Origin: Octopus bimaculoides
Taxonomy: Eukaryota
Assembly (NCBI RefSeq): GCF_001194135.2
Contig: NC_068981.1
Location: 113,996,872-114,060,871 of the forward strand
Direction: 5' to 3'
Length of the DNA stretch: 64,000 nt
Positions within the stretch are counted from its first letter, which is position 1; each line of letters opens with the position of its first letter. The position numbers and the translations under genes are program-made. The notes beneath the pieces were generated by a model. That model was given only the letters and a program-made list of their open reading frames with translations. It did not search any database and had not been told where the DNA came from. Shown in pieces: positions 23,337 to 36,230 of the stretch.

Positions 23337-26300
23337 GTAAGCATACCTCCAGTTTATTTTCAAGCATGAATACACTTTCAGCCAAAGATTCAATACGAAA
23401 ATGCTTATGTTTGGTTACGGTTGCCTAAGAAGATATACGGATCTAAACACTAAATAATAACAAAACAGACACTTGACAAAGCAGTTCCTGCGTGAATGTA
23501 TGTATATTCAGGTACATCTTTAGATATCCTCTGAGTAACAAATACCTTTTGCCTAAGTTAGTGTATACAGCCAATCCAAGTCGATGGCCGTTTGCCAAAA
23601 CATGTCATGTTCACAGAAAACGTGGCTCTTTTGTGCATCATAATACGTACCCTAAAAATTCAATATTATACTCTTGCATTCTGATCTCTGTAAATTGTAA
23701 GCTGGGTTTTACATTTTGATACCTACTTCTCGTACTTCTATTTGGCAGCTGAGACTATGTAATATGAAATTCATATCTACCTGTTCGGTAAAAGACAAAA
23801 AGAAAATAGCAGCATACGTACAAATCACGCTGATTTTATCCTGGGAGTTTTTGATAACTTGCTCAACTTTTCCGAGTCACCATCTAAAAGTGTTGCGTTT
23901 GTTTTCTGAAGGTGACCTCCTTTTAAGCACGGAATGGGCTATATGTCTTTGCAAAATTCTGCCTCATAGTACAGAGTCAAATTTTCCAACATGGTTAAAT
24001 CTTTTTCTTCAAAGGAGTAGTAGACATAAATATTGTACCTAAATTCACTACTACCCTGTCGTCCAGCAAGGGAATTGCCACCCCTGCTAGTCCTCGAAGG
24101 ATTCACAACTATAAATGACTATCATCTAATCCAGTGGACAACCAGAAGATACATACATACATACATACATACATACATACATACACATATGCTGCACACG
24201 CAAACGCACACATTTTCATTCCAAACTGTTCTCCAACAAAATAACTCTCAAAATGCTTTTATTCTTCTAACAAGACAAAGAACAAGATGGCCCAAAAGAA
24301 ATTTAAACGTTTGAAAACATTTTCTCGTTTGGTTCATAATTTTTTATTTATTTGTTTGGTATTCTAAATAACAACCGGAATCAGTGTGATAACCATTACA
24401 CATTTTGTAAGTATTTTAAAAGGTACTAACACTAATTCTTCAACCATTAATTATGAAAAAACAAAACAAAATAAAAAAAATTCCCATCAGGAAGCTATAT
24501 AAAACGAAAATATGTTTATAGTTCATGTAGTTATAATTGATTCTAATCTCATAAATTTCCTCCGATAAAAAACGAATTCCATTTCTTGTGTTTGATTGTA
24601 ATAGTTGTCACATATTTATTTATGTTACCAATTATAAACATACCTATTAATAACTCTTTTATCGATAATATCTTCATTAATTTTTATTCATATGAGAATA
24701 TAAACATTAACTTCGAGAATGTTTCCGCACGTACGTTATTTCAGGTCATTTACTTACTTCCATTTTTATATAACCAAAGTTATAAACACCAACGATAAGT
24801 AAAAATGAAATATTTATTTAAAAAATACTAATTTTGAGACTATGATAATATTGGATAGAAAATATAACTGAGAGTGATGCTACAATTTCACCAAGTATAT
24901 ACAAGTAGCAAACGCCCCTCCATCCATTGGACGGTTTGTATAGGGGAAGAGGGTTAACTTGGACGGTGTTAGGTTGTGGAGATGTTTGGTGATTGTATGG
25001 GGTTGTTACTTTTGGTTAGGGCATTAAAGATTCCTGAAACGTTAAAACTGTTCACTGTTCCTTCTAAATTAGGAAAATTGATTGATAGTGAATAGTAACA
25101 TAGTGAACCTTTTCAAAATTGTCATGAGGTCAAAGCACTTCATCCCATAATATATGCACTTTCCAGTGGAATCGGACATCATAATTAACCTTAAACGTTT
25201 TGCACTCAAACCCTTTTGCATTAGGATAAGCACAATGTCCTCTTCCATAGTACATACCTCATATTGACACCTATACATCAGACCGAGCGCTGTTTTATCT
25301 CCAAAGTGAATATTGCAAGTGATATTTAAGCAATAAACAGTTCTTTTGCATTTGACGACTGTTGCTTTACGTATTTTATTTCAATTTTCAGTGGCGTAGT
25401 GGTAAGAACTACGGGATAAATAACATTAGTTTCGAATAAAAATATAAATGGAAGTTTTAATCACCCGATGGACAGGCAAACAGAAACTGTTACTCAATAA
25501 AGGTGCAAAAATGCTCTCTTCTCTTAAAAACTGACACAAAAAGAGTTGAAACTCAGGGGTGAAATAACACAATGAGCAATAAAATAACATAAGGCATGTT
25601 TTTTTGCAAATCAATTTTATCTCAAAAATTTAACAATACCGCTTATTTTTTAAAGATGGATGAGAAACGTTAGGCAAGATTTTAGATGTAACCCACCAAA
25701 TTTTTCACGTTTTATAAGCAATTCATTAGTCTTTTCTACTTTCGATTGAATTTTGTTGAGAGTATCTTCAGAAAACTGAGTTATCACCAGTTATTTATTT
25801 GCTTTATTTTCACTATTTTGCTCACTTAAAGTAACTACCTTTTTCTTGTAGTTTTTCATGTCAGCTGGTTTATTGCACGAAAAGGAGTCGTAAGAACACA
25901 TTTGACCGCGAATGCACGTGGTTGATTACAGTTAATTAAAGTTAGAGTTATATCGATCTTTTTAGCCGCTTAGAAACGTGAGAAAACGCAGAAATGAATA
26001 CAGTTGTTCGAGGTCTAATATTTAAATCAAAATGAGACTGTATTTACAAATAGCAAGCTTTATTTACATATATCTGTCATTTAAATGTGAAAAAGTAGAA
26101 ATGAATTGTTTAGAACGTCGGTTAATGAACAGGATAGCGGAAGAAACAGGACAAAACGATTACAAAAATAGCGATTCTCACTTTGAAACTGACAAGTTTG
26201 AAAATCCTTTTAGATTACGGAACGCCCCGCTCTCTCATGTATCGATGTCTAAAATTTCAGAGCGATCGGATGAACAATACTCGAGTTATAAGTGCACAAA

Positions 26301-26440
26301 AAATAGACAGACAGAACGGGATTTACATATTAGATATACGTCTCAAGACTAACGAATGATTAAGCACTACAATCGAAATCCAAGCCATTTAGTTATCAAA
26401 TAATGTTCATCGATATCTCATAAAACAATAATAACAAAAC

Positions 26441-26878
26441 TTTCTATTATTGGCACAAGGCTTGAAATTTTGGGTGAGGCCCTAGTCTACTATATTGACC
26501 CAAGTGTTCAAATGATACCTGTTTCATCAACCCCAAAAGGTTAGAGGAAAGTCGATTTCGAGGAACTGGAACTCGTAACTTAAACACGAACGAAATGGTA
26601 CTAAACATTTTGTCCGACGTGCCAACAATTTTGCCAGCTCACTGCCTTGACTATAATGATAAGGGTTTCATATTTTGGCTCAAGGCCAGCAAGTTCGAGA
26701 GTGGGGCTCAGTCGATTACATCGACCCCAGTACTCAATTGGTGCTTTTTTTATCGACTCCAAGAGGATGAAAGGCAAAGTTGATTCTGGCGGAATTTGAT
26801 CTCAGAACGTAAAGACGGACGGAATGCCACTAAGCATTATGCCCGGGATGCTAATGATTCTGCCATCTCGCTGCCTTG
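26441..26878 (-). mobile_element. Two tandem SINE B copies
   Basis: Both end in ...gccagctc/catctcgctgcctt (RC of head aaggcggcgagctggc); the second has gaggatgaaaggcaaagttgat and ggaatttgatctcagaacg. Confidence 0.8.
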
Positions 26879-26930
<52 letters not shown>

Positions 26931-26933
<3 letters not shown>

Positions 26934-27660
26934 AAAAAATGAGAAGTACATGGAACAAATAGGGGCCGCGATAAGGGCTCCACCGCGATACGAATACTCT
27001 GGAAGGTGCTCAAACATTAAAGGTACAGCGCTACACTGACCGAATATTGCAGTTCCAGCAAAACCGGTTAATCTCAAATCACCAGAGGCAGTTTTTAAGA
27101 GCTTAGGAGGAAATACAGAAGATAATACATCTAAAGCAGAAGAAACCCGCCAATTTTTGAATAACATCCGGGGGCAAGAAGTTTTGCACAACTACTATGC
27201 AGAGTGGATTCATTCTGTGAGATCCGAACTCCATTACCTGGAGGCTCCATGAAAGGACCGTATACGCATAACAACGGAAGATGTCATTGCACGGATATCA
27301 AAACTGACAAACTGGAAAGCGGCAGGACCTGATGGAATTCGAGGCTACCGGCTCAAGTGGTTTAAGTCAAGACATAAAAGAATTGCGTTGCAGTTAGACA
27401 ATTGCCTAGAGAACGGTGCGGTTCCGGTGTGGATGGTAGAGGGAAGAACTATGTTATTAATGAAAAATCGGTGAAAGAGCAATGTGGTTGGCAATTACCG
27501 ACCCATTGTTTGTCTTAATCTCTTATGGAAAGTATTAACAGGTACCGTCGCAGCAAAAATATATACGTTCCTTGCGGAAGACAATCTACTGTCAGTAGAA
27601 CAAAAGGGAGCCGAAAAGGATCCAAGGGCACCAAGGAACATCTTGTGATAGACAAGGTTA
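26931..27660 (+). mobile_element. R4/Dong-type RLE LINE fragment A (RT N-terminal domains)
   Basis: NWKAAGPDGIRGY..KWF...VPVWMVEGRTMLL...GNYRPIVCLNLLWKVLTG...EQKG. Begins right after (AAT)n at 26880-26930. Confidence 0.85.
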
Positions 27661-27664
27661 TCCA

Positions 27665-27868
27665 GGTCTATATTTAAGAGATTAGGAATTATGTACATTA
27701 TTTACATTATTTACATTTGACGGATATTTGTCCTCATCTTGTTTGTCGTCAACACAACATTTCAGCTTATATACCTTCCAGCCTTCATCAGGTGTCTTGG
27801 GGGAAATTTCGAACCTTGGTTCTCATTCCTAAGGTATTTTTCGATGCTATTATCATTATAATTATTAT
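27665..27868 (-). mobile_element. 3' tail (hammerhead-bearing) of composite tRNA-(AAT)n-HHR element, copy 1
   Basis: RC catcgaaaaataccttaggaatgagaacc..tcgaaattt..ccaagacacCTGATGA...gatgaggacaaatatccgtcaaatgtaaataatgtaaataatgtacataattcc..tcttaaatatag; same as 57910-58054. Confidence 0.8.
27751..27796 (-). ncRNA. Minimal type I hammerhead ribozyme motif (family H1), slightly decayed
   Basis: RC gacac CTGATGA a ggctg-gaaggtatat-aagct GAAA tgt t gtgtt. Stem I intact; substitutions in stems II and III. Confidence 0.65.
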
Positions 27869-30564
27869 GTTTTTTTCTTCTTTCTTCAAATTTTCTTCCA
27901 TTTCTTGCCGAGTATTTTCCGTACACCTAGGGCAGAGAAGCTCATTGTATGTATTCCCAGTTTACACACGCAAATTCACAGGTAAAATATGCATTACAAA
28001 AAATCAATAAATAAATTCATGAATGGATGTTGTTTTCACAGCGATAATGCTCTTCTCAGTACATGAGTCGTTCCAGTTAACACGATTTTTTGCACTTCCT
28101 GTAGGGATGGTAAGCCTGATATCATTTTCAAATAGGTTTCAGTACCTTTTTTTGTTATCATTCCTGGAGATCCTACATTTTTTCAATTTCTATAAGCAAG
28201 TCTTTCTATTTACTGATCTTGTCAAATTCTTTCGCCGCTATATTATGCTCGCAAGGAATACTCATGTCAATTAATAAACACTTCTTCTTTGTCTGATCTT
28301 TTATAATAATATCCGGTTTATTAGCTGTATGTATGTATGGGGAAGTCCCAGAGAATCGATACATTTTCTCCCTCAGTCACAGCTTAAAGATGGTGTTTAT
28401 ACCATTTGTCAGCGGTTTTGATTTTATAATGCCGACATATTGTCCAGTGTAAATACTGGCCGACTCTGTCATGTCTTGCTTTATATTCTACAATTGCTAA
28501 GACTCTAAACCCTGAGATTAGGTGGTCTATAGTTTCAATCGCATCGTTACAGAGTTGGCATTTTGGGTCAGCTCCATTTTTTATCACATTGGCTTCGTAG
28601 TTCCGGGTTAATAAGCTTTGGTCTTGAGCAGCTAATATGAAACCTTCATTCTCTGCTTTTAGCCCTGATCTTCGTAACCTTTGATGCGTGCGTTTCTGGT
28701 CGATATCAGCTTGTTTGCTACGAGCCACATACTTGCCATGCCCAGGTTTCTGTTCCCTTCTGCTATCTAATTTTTCATGTGCTTTTGTCTTTGCAATTTC
28801 TTTATTTTCTTTGCAGCAGGAGTTGGCGCATTTCCTTCAACCTGATCAAGCTGGGGGGNNNNNNNNNNTCAGTAGCGAATTTTTTGCTCTCTTTCAGAAT
28901 AGAATGAAGTTTTTTCGGTCTTTCGTGTTTTTCAACAAGTTTTAGCATCCAATCGTTGGTTGTTTTAAGGTATTTGGCTAGTCCGATTGTGGTGGTTTTG
29001 TACGTAAGTTCAAGCTGGATCAAGCCTTGACCTCCCTGAGCTCTGGGAAGGTAAAGTCGATCCACGTCTGATTTTGGATGGTGCATCTTATTTCAAGTCA
29101 GTAACTTGCGGATTTTTCTATCAATTTTCATTGTTTCACTGGTATTCCAGTTAAGCACATTGAAGCTATAAAGAACAACTGGGACTGCTAAGGAATTTAT
29201 GGCTAACACCTTGTTATATGCATTCAATTCAGACTTCAAAACTGGTCGAACTCTTCTATAACATTCCTTCCTAACCTTCTCTTTCATGCTTGCATGCTAG
29301 ATACCAGAGCCTTCATTTATTCCTAGGTATTTATAGGTTTGTTCCTGCTCAAGTTCCTTTATTACTGTTTCGACATCTAATTCGTTTGAACTTGACGTTA
29401 CGAGTTTCCCTTTCTTAAAAGTGGCTTTGGCACACTTTTCAAGGCCAAACTCCATCCCGATATCATCACTGAATCCTTTCACAGTATGTAGTAGTCCTTG
29501 AAGCTCTTCATTATCTTTGCCATATAGTTTTAAATCATCCATATAAAATAGATAGCTTACNNNNNNNNNNNNNNNNNNNNNNNNNNNNNNNNNNNNNNNN
29601 NNNNNNNNNNNNNNNNNNNNNNNNNNNNNNNNNNNNNNNNNNNNNNNNNNNNNNNNNNNNNNNNNNNNNNNNNNNNNNNNNNNNNNNNNNNNNNNNNNNN
29701 NNNNNNNNNNNNNNNNNNNNNNNNNNNNNNNNNNNNNNNNNNNNNNNNNNNNNNNNNNNNNNNNNNNNNNNNNNNNNNNNNNNNNNNNNNNNNNNNNNNN
29801 NNNNNNNNNNNNNNNNNNNNNNNNNNNNNNNNNNNNNNNNNNNNNNNNNNNNNNNNNNNNNNNNNNNNNNNNNNNNNNNNNNNNNNNNNNNNNNNNNNNN
29901 NNNNNNNNNNNNNNNNNNNNNNNNNNNNNNNNNNNNNNNNNNNNNNNNNNNNNNNNNNNNNNNNNNNNNNNNNNNNNNNNNNNNNNNNNNNNNNNNNNNN
30001 NNNNNNNNNNNNNNNNNNNNNNNNNNNNNNNNNNNNNNNNNNNNNNNNNNNNNNNNNNNNNNNNNNNNNNNNNNNNNNNNNNNNNNNNNNNNNNNNNNNN
30101 NNNNNNNNNNNNNNNNNNNNNNNNNNNNNNNNNNNNNNNNNNNNNNNNNNNNNNNNNNNNNNNNNNNNNNNNNNNNNNNNNNNNNNNNNNNNNNNNNNNN
30201 NNNNNNNNNNNNNNNNNNNNNNNNNNNNNNNNNNNNNNNNNNNNNNNNNNNNNNNNNNNNNNNNNNNNNNNNNNNNNNNNNNNNNNNNNNNNNNNNNNNN
30301 NNNNNNNNNNNNNNNNNNNNNNNNNNNNNNNNNNNNNNNNNNNNNNNNNNNNNNNNNNNNNNNNNNNNNNNNNNNNNNNNNNNNNNNNNNNNNNNNNAAT
30401 GGTTATTTTTTCTTTCCTTATTTCCCTGTAAAATGATTTGGCATTGGATTTGAACATCTTATTTTTCCTGTAGAATCCGATTCTTTTCTCAAATCTGCGT
30501 ATTCTCTGAGCTTTTACTTGAACTTTTTGTTTAAGTGTTTCATTCGCTGACATTAGTTCTTCTC

Positions 30565-30567
<3 letters not shown>
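27869..30567 (-). mobile_element. R4/Dong-type RLE LINE B1 (5'-truncated, gap 29561-30397)
   Basis: YLFYMDDLKLY, IGMEFGLEKCA, YKYLGI, DVDRLYLPRAQGGQGL, AAQDQSLLTRNY, CQLCNDAIETIDHLISG (CCHC), RHDRVGQYLHW, C-terminal VQKIVLTGTTHVLRRAL*. (AAT)-type repeats on both sides. Confidence 0.9.
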
Positions 30568-30610
<43 letters not shown>

Positions 30611-30628
30611 CATTATTATTATTATTAT

Positions 30629-30911
30629 GTTGTTTTTTTTCTTCTTTCTTCAAATTATATTCCATTTCTGCCGAGTGTTTTCCGTACACCTAGGGCAGAG
30701 AAGCTCATTGTATGCATTCCCAGTTTACACACTCAAATTCACTGGTAAAATATGTATTTAAAAATAAATAAATAAATAAATTCATGAATGGATGTTGTTT
30801 TCACATCGATAATGCTCTTCTCAGTACATGAATCGTTCCAATTAACACGATTTTTTGGACTTCCTGTAGGGATGGTAAGCCTGGTATCATTTTCAAATAA
30901 GTTTCAGTACC
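30629..30911 (-). mobile_element. R4/Dong-type LINE B2, about 280-bp 3' end of the same family as B1
   Basis: Near-identical to 27869-28150; flanked on both sides by (TTA)n (30568-30628, 30912-30983). Confidence 0.9.
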
Positions 30912-30983
<72 letters not shown>

Positions 30984-30984
<1 letters not shown>

Positions 30985-31061
30985 CCAGGTCACTGCCTGG
31001 AATCGAACTCGGAATCTTGGGGTTAGTAACCCGCGCTCTTAACCACTACGCCATATACCCG
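30984..31061 (-). mobile_element. tRNA-derived head of composite element, copy 1
   Basis: RC gggtatatggcgtagtggttaagagcgcgggttactaaccccaagattccgagttcgattccaggcagtgacctgga+(TAA)n. A box TGGCGTAGTGG, B box GAGTTCGATTCC; T and acceptor stems do not pair, so not a functional tRNA. Confidence 0.85.
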
Positions 31062-31299
31062 ACAGAAGAACCCAACCTGCGCTGCAAAAAACAATACACA
31101 ATACAAGAAATAATACAACAGAAGACTCAAACCAAACCCCATAACAAAACATACGGATATAAAATAATATCCCCCATACCCCAAAAATGCAGCACGCACC
31201 ACCCCACCAGCACAAAGGTGCAACAAATTATGCTATAGAAAGTTGCTTGACGCTATCAGATGTCGAAAAGTAATTGTGGTGATGACGATGGTGATGGAC

Positions 31300-34164
31300 G
31301 TCACCCTACCTTAGTTTATGAGAGAAAGAAGTTTCCGAAGAGAATGAAGCTGGACCTTCAAGGGAAGGCCTCCCGCTCGGCAGCGGTCTAGTAAAGATGC
31401 AGACTAACCCAAAAGAAGGGACTATAGAAAACGGATGTTAACACTTTGGGTAGAGAAGGGTATGTTTAAAGTGATTGAGCAGAGATTTGTAGATCAAGCT
31501 AATGTTATTAGAAGAAAGTGGATGATAGAAGTGGAAGTAGAAGAGATCACAAGAGAATTGGAAAAAAAGACCTAGCTGTAGGAAATACAAACAACAACGT
31601 AAGAGATACAGCTCAGACCAAAAGAAGAACCTAAATGAAAACATAACAATAGCGCTACCAATAAGAAAGGGACAATTGGCACCAACGACTTAAGTGATTT
31701 AATTGAGGCAGATCGGAAGGTTTTAGATGAGTTGCAGGAAGTAATGGGTAAAGAAGTAAGAAAAAGAATGCCAGCATTAAAAGTTACCAACAGAAGGAAG
31801 CTGCTAGAAATGACTAGGAAAGTAGATTCTGTTATCGGTAGGATAGATACTAAAATATAGGAGGCAGTAACTTATTGATATATGCAGGAGAGGCAGTAGT
31901 CAATAGAAGATTATATATCTCACAAGGAAAGATTAAAGAGGAGCAAATGTGGGAAAGGAAAATAAAGTGAAGAATAGGAGCCTGGAAACAGAACAAGCTA
32001 CGAAACATATGATGCAAATCTTCACTTGACAAAAGATACATAGTCAAGGAGAAAGTATTTGGGACAGTAATAGAAGAGTTGAAACAGGGTATCATAGCAG
32101 CAGAAGGCAAGCTCTCCAAATAGCAGAAGAGAATAGATCAGTATCAAAAGAATAGATTATTTGAAACAGACCAGAGAAGATTTCATAACCAAATAAATAG
32201 TGAAAATAGCACTGAAGATGAGAAAACTAATGCAGAAGAAGCAAGAATCTTTTGGAGTAATATTTGGGATAATCCATCCATTCAATCATAATGAAGATAC
32301 AGTATGGTTAAAAAAAGGGAGGAAAGAAGTAGTAACTGAGAAGCAGCCAGATCTAAGACTAACCAGAGCATTAATGAGTAAAGTGTTAGGAAACATATCG
32401 AATTGAAAGGGTACTGGCCAAAGAAATTTAGTGGTTTACATGGGAGGCTGAGGGAACAACTTCAGGATTGCCTTAATGGAGGAATAATACCAGATTGGAT
32501 GACTAGTAGGAGGGTAATACTAATTATGAAAGATAGGAGGAAGAGTAGTACAGCTAGCAACTATAGATCACTTACTTGTTTACTATTAGTGTAGAAACTG
32601 TTAAGAGGAATGCTTTCAGAATGCAATTACGAGCACCTTGACAACCGGAATTTATTGCCAGAAGAACAGAAAGGTTGCAGGAAGAAGGCTAGAGGAACGC
32701 ATGACCTATTATACATAACAGTTCTAAATGAAGTAAAAGCTAGTAAGAAAAATCTAACAGTAGCATGAATGGTTTATAAGAAAGCCTATGACATGATCCC
32801 ACACTCATGGATAAGTGAATGTTGGAGTAAATCCAGTATAGCAGACAACATAAGAGAATTAGCTTTAGCTTGTAGAAATGGAAAGTACTCAGGTAACACT
32901 CTTTGGGAATGATAATATCAAAAGAGGAATTCTCCAGGGGGACACGTTGTCCCCTTTAATATTTATCTTCTGTTTGATCCCTGCCATCTTAGTATTGAGG
33001 AAGGCAAAGGCAAGGTACCAGTTCAGAAATAGTAAGGGAAAAAATAAGTATTTACTCTTTATGAATGATCTTAAGCTTTTCAGTAAGAATGAAAAAGCGA
33101 TAGATCCTTGAGACAGAGTGTACGATTCTTCAGCAAAAATATAGGCATGCAATTTGACATAGGAAATGTGCAATATTAGTCATGAGAAGGGGACAAGTAG
33201 TCAACAGCAAAAGCATCCAATTACCTGATGATAAGGCATTAAAGTAAATGAAAGGAGGAGAAAGTTATAAGTATCTAAGAGTATTAGAATCTGACAAAGT
33301 ACTAAATATAGAAATGAAACCGAAAATTGAGAAGGAGTACATCAGAAGGGTAAGGAAGCTAATGAAGTCAAAGCTAAAGGGTTCAAATCTAGTGAAGGCT
33401 ATAAATACTTGGAAAATATCGTTACTTAAATACTCAGCAGCTTTTGTAGATTGGACAAAAACTGAACAAAACGGAAGCTAGACAGAAGAACTAGGAAGGA
33501 ATTCAATATGAATGGAGGATTTCATCGAAGTGCAGGAGTAGCAAGATTATATTTACCTAGAAAGGAAGGCGGAAAATGATTAATATCTGTGGAAGACTGC
33601 GTGGAGTTAGCTAGAGTAGATATAGACTCACCGGTAGGTAATAGTGAAGAAAGTTTATTAAAAGCTGGTAGAATCTTGGGAAACCAAGAATCCAAATGAA
33701 GTTAAAAACCAGGAAAAGAACGGAAATTATCTGACTGGCAAGTAAAGATTGTTCAGCAAATAATAGTAGTGAGACATGGTTATGATTGTAGAAAGGAAAG
33801 CTGAAAAGGGAGACAGGGAATTTTTTAGTAGCTGCACACGATTAAACATTAAGGATTAAGTGGATAAAAGCCAAGATGGACAAAAACTAAGTAGATTCCC
33901 AACGTAGTTTATGCAAATCAACAGAGGAAAGCGTTATTCATATAGTAAGTAAAAGTAGTATACTGGCACAGAAAGAATACAAGAAAATATATGATAATCT
34001 AGGGAGAGCAATCCACTGGGAGTTAAATAGAAACCTATGATTTGAACATACTGGCAAATGGTATGAATATGAACCTAGTAAAGTACTAGAAAGTATGAAA
34101 TACAAGCTGTTGAGGGACTTTAACATTCAAACTGATAGAGTAAAAGAAGCTAGAATGCCTGATT

Positions 34165-34208
<44 letters not shown>

Positions 34209-34575
34209 AATAAAGAGAATAGAAAATGCCAGATGATTGACTTTACATTCCCAAATGATGACAGAATCAATATCAAATGTATAGAAAAAATAGCAAAGTA
34301 CCAGGAACTAGCCATTGAATTACAGATTCTCTGGAAAGTGCGGCTAAAATGTTCCGCAGTGGCTAGAGCTGCATTGGGAACTATTCCTAAAAACTTGAAC
34401 AGATGGATAGAGGAAATTGGAATAAAACCCTGTTTAGTACAGCTCCAGAAAACGATGTTATTAGGGGCAGCTAGGATACTTAGGAGGGTTCTTAGTATCT
34501 AAGGTTACTTGTTGTAGCCTGATACTAGAAGTTTTTCTTTTCCAACAGTCTAATCTGTTGTGTGTGTATGAGAAT
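31300..34575 (+). mobile_element. R4/Dong-type RLE LINE C1, near full-length but multiply disrupted
   Basis: N-term NPKRRDYRKRMLTLW..EQRFVDQANVIR; SNYRSLTCL; EQKGCRK; YKKAYDMIPHSW; GILQGDTLSPL; LFMNDLKLF; RLE PDL(V)n..IDF; end LQKTMLLGAARILRRVLSI* at 34502; followed by (AAT)n. Confidence 0.9.
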
Positions 34576-34597
34576 GATAATAATAATAATAATAATG

Positions 34598-34660
<63 letters not shown>

Positions 34661-34772
34661 GTGAGGAGGAGGAGGAAGAGGAGGAGGAGGAAAATAATAA
34701 TAATAATAATAATTATTGTTCATTGTTCATTTTACTCGCTAGAAATAATAATAATAATAATAATAATAATAA
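34575..34772. repeat. Compound triplet microsatellite (AAT)n(GAT)n(GAG)n(AAT)n
   Basis: Seen directly; runs into an N gap with (TTA)n at the far side. Confidence 0.95.
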
Positions 34773-35516
34773 NNNNNNNNNNNNNNNNNNNNNNNNNNNN
34801 NNNNNNNNNNNNNNNNNNNNNNNNNNNNNNNNNNNNNNNNNNNNNNNNNNNNNNNNNNNNNNNNNNNNNNNNNNNNNNNNNNNNNNNNNNNNNNNNNNNN
34901 NNNNNNNNNNNNNNNNNNNNNNNNNNNNNNNNNNNNNNNNNNNNNNNNNNNNNNNNNNNNNNNNNNNNNNNNNNNNNNNNNNNNNNNNNNNNNNNNNNNN
35001 NNNNNNNNNNNNNNNNNNNNNNNNNNNNNNNNNNNNNNNNNNNNNNNNNNNNNNNNNNNNNNNNNNNNNNNNNNNNNNNNNNNNNNNNNNNNNNNNNNNN
35101 NNNNNNNNNNNNNNNNNNNNNNNNNNNNNNNNNNNNNNNNNNNNNNNNNNNNNNNNNNNNNNNNNNNNNNNNNNNNNNNNNNNNNNNNNNNNNNNNNNNN
35201 NNNNNNNNNNNNNNNNNNNNNNNNNNNNNNNNNNNNNNNNNNNNNNNNNNNNNNNNNNNNNNNNNNNNNNNNNNNNNNNNNNNNNNNNNNNNNNNNNNNN
35301 NNNNNNNNNNNNNNNNNNNNNNNNNNNNNNNNNNNNNNNNNNNNNNNNNNNNNNNNNNNNNNNNNNNNNNNNNNNNNNNNNNNNNNNNNNNNNNNNNNNN
35401 NNNNNNNNNNNNNNNNNNNNNNNNNNNNNNNNNNNNNNNNNNNNNNNNNNNNNNNNNNNNNNNNNNNNNNNNNNNNNNNNNNNNNNNNNNNNNNNNNNNN
35501 NNNNNNNNNNNNNNNN

Positions 35517-35617
<101 letters not shown>

Positions 35618-35649
35618 TCTAGCGAGTAAAATGAACAATGAACAATAAT

Positions 35650-36230
35650 GCTTTCTTTATTCCTTAGTAAGGGTTCGCAAAGAGCATTGGGGATGGTACG
35701 AGACGCTCTTCACAATGTATTCAACCGGTATCTGGACCTGTCCTGAACGTGTCAGCAGGTGTTCGAAGTAAACCCACGAGTCAGCAATGTACGGGCGTTG
35801 AACGAGAGCGTATGGAACAGTTTTTGTTGCTCTACCGAGCAAATGTTGCTCTATATTGCGGACATCCAGCCTCGGAAAACAGGATTAAGCCTGCAGCCAT
35901 GATTTGTGGTTGACTCTATCGAAGTCGTTTAGTTGATCCAAAATGAAGAGGGCCCAACCCATGCCAACTTCTTTACCTACCTTGCGTATGATATCTGTTT
36001 GGGATTGCGTATCACCAGTCAGTCTCTCGACAACAAGCGACAACCTCTTCACTAACTGAGATATCGCACACACCTGTTTGGGCTAGAGGACGATACACCC
36101 ATTTTGGTCTACAAAACACCGAATCACGGTTTTATTGCTTTTTTCGAGCGACTTTCGTTCCTTCGTTTTTTTGGCGTTGAAGAATTGGTCCGGGATCAGT
36201 CCCGCTACGAGCACGTAGGTTGAGATGTGT
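35650..36230 (-). mobile_element. Tx1/L1-clade LINE remnant, apparently internally deleted
   Basis: LVKRLSLVVERLTGDTQ...ALFILDQLNDFDRVNH (L1/Tx1 LDxxKAFDRVxH), AG..PVFRGWMSAI*SNICSV, then directly KTVPYALVQRPYIADSWVYFEHLL (resembles C-terminal ETxxHALxxCP). Confidence 0.7.

Noticed and set aside
23716-24042. 108-aa ORF beside the 23259 candidate exon
   Set aside because: Its acceptor (23748) gives phase 0, incompatible with the phase-1 end of 23259-23336; no recognisable motif.
24930-25380. 69-aa minus ORF (…STGKCIYYGM…) as exon or GIY-YIG remnant
   Set aside because: No consistent splice pair and only one partial motif.
30984-31061. Possible functional tRNA with ACT anticodon (also 57327-57402)
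   Set aside because: Acceptor and T stems do not pair; followed by (AAT)n. It is a tRNA-derived (Thr-AGT-like) SINE head.
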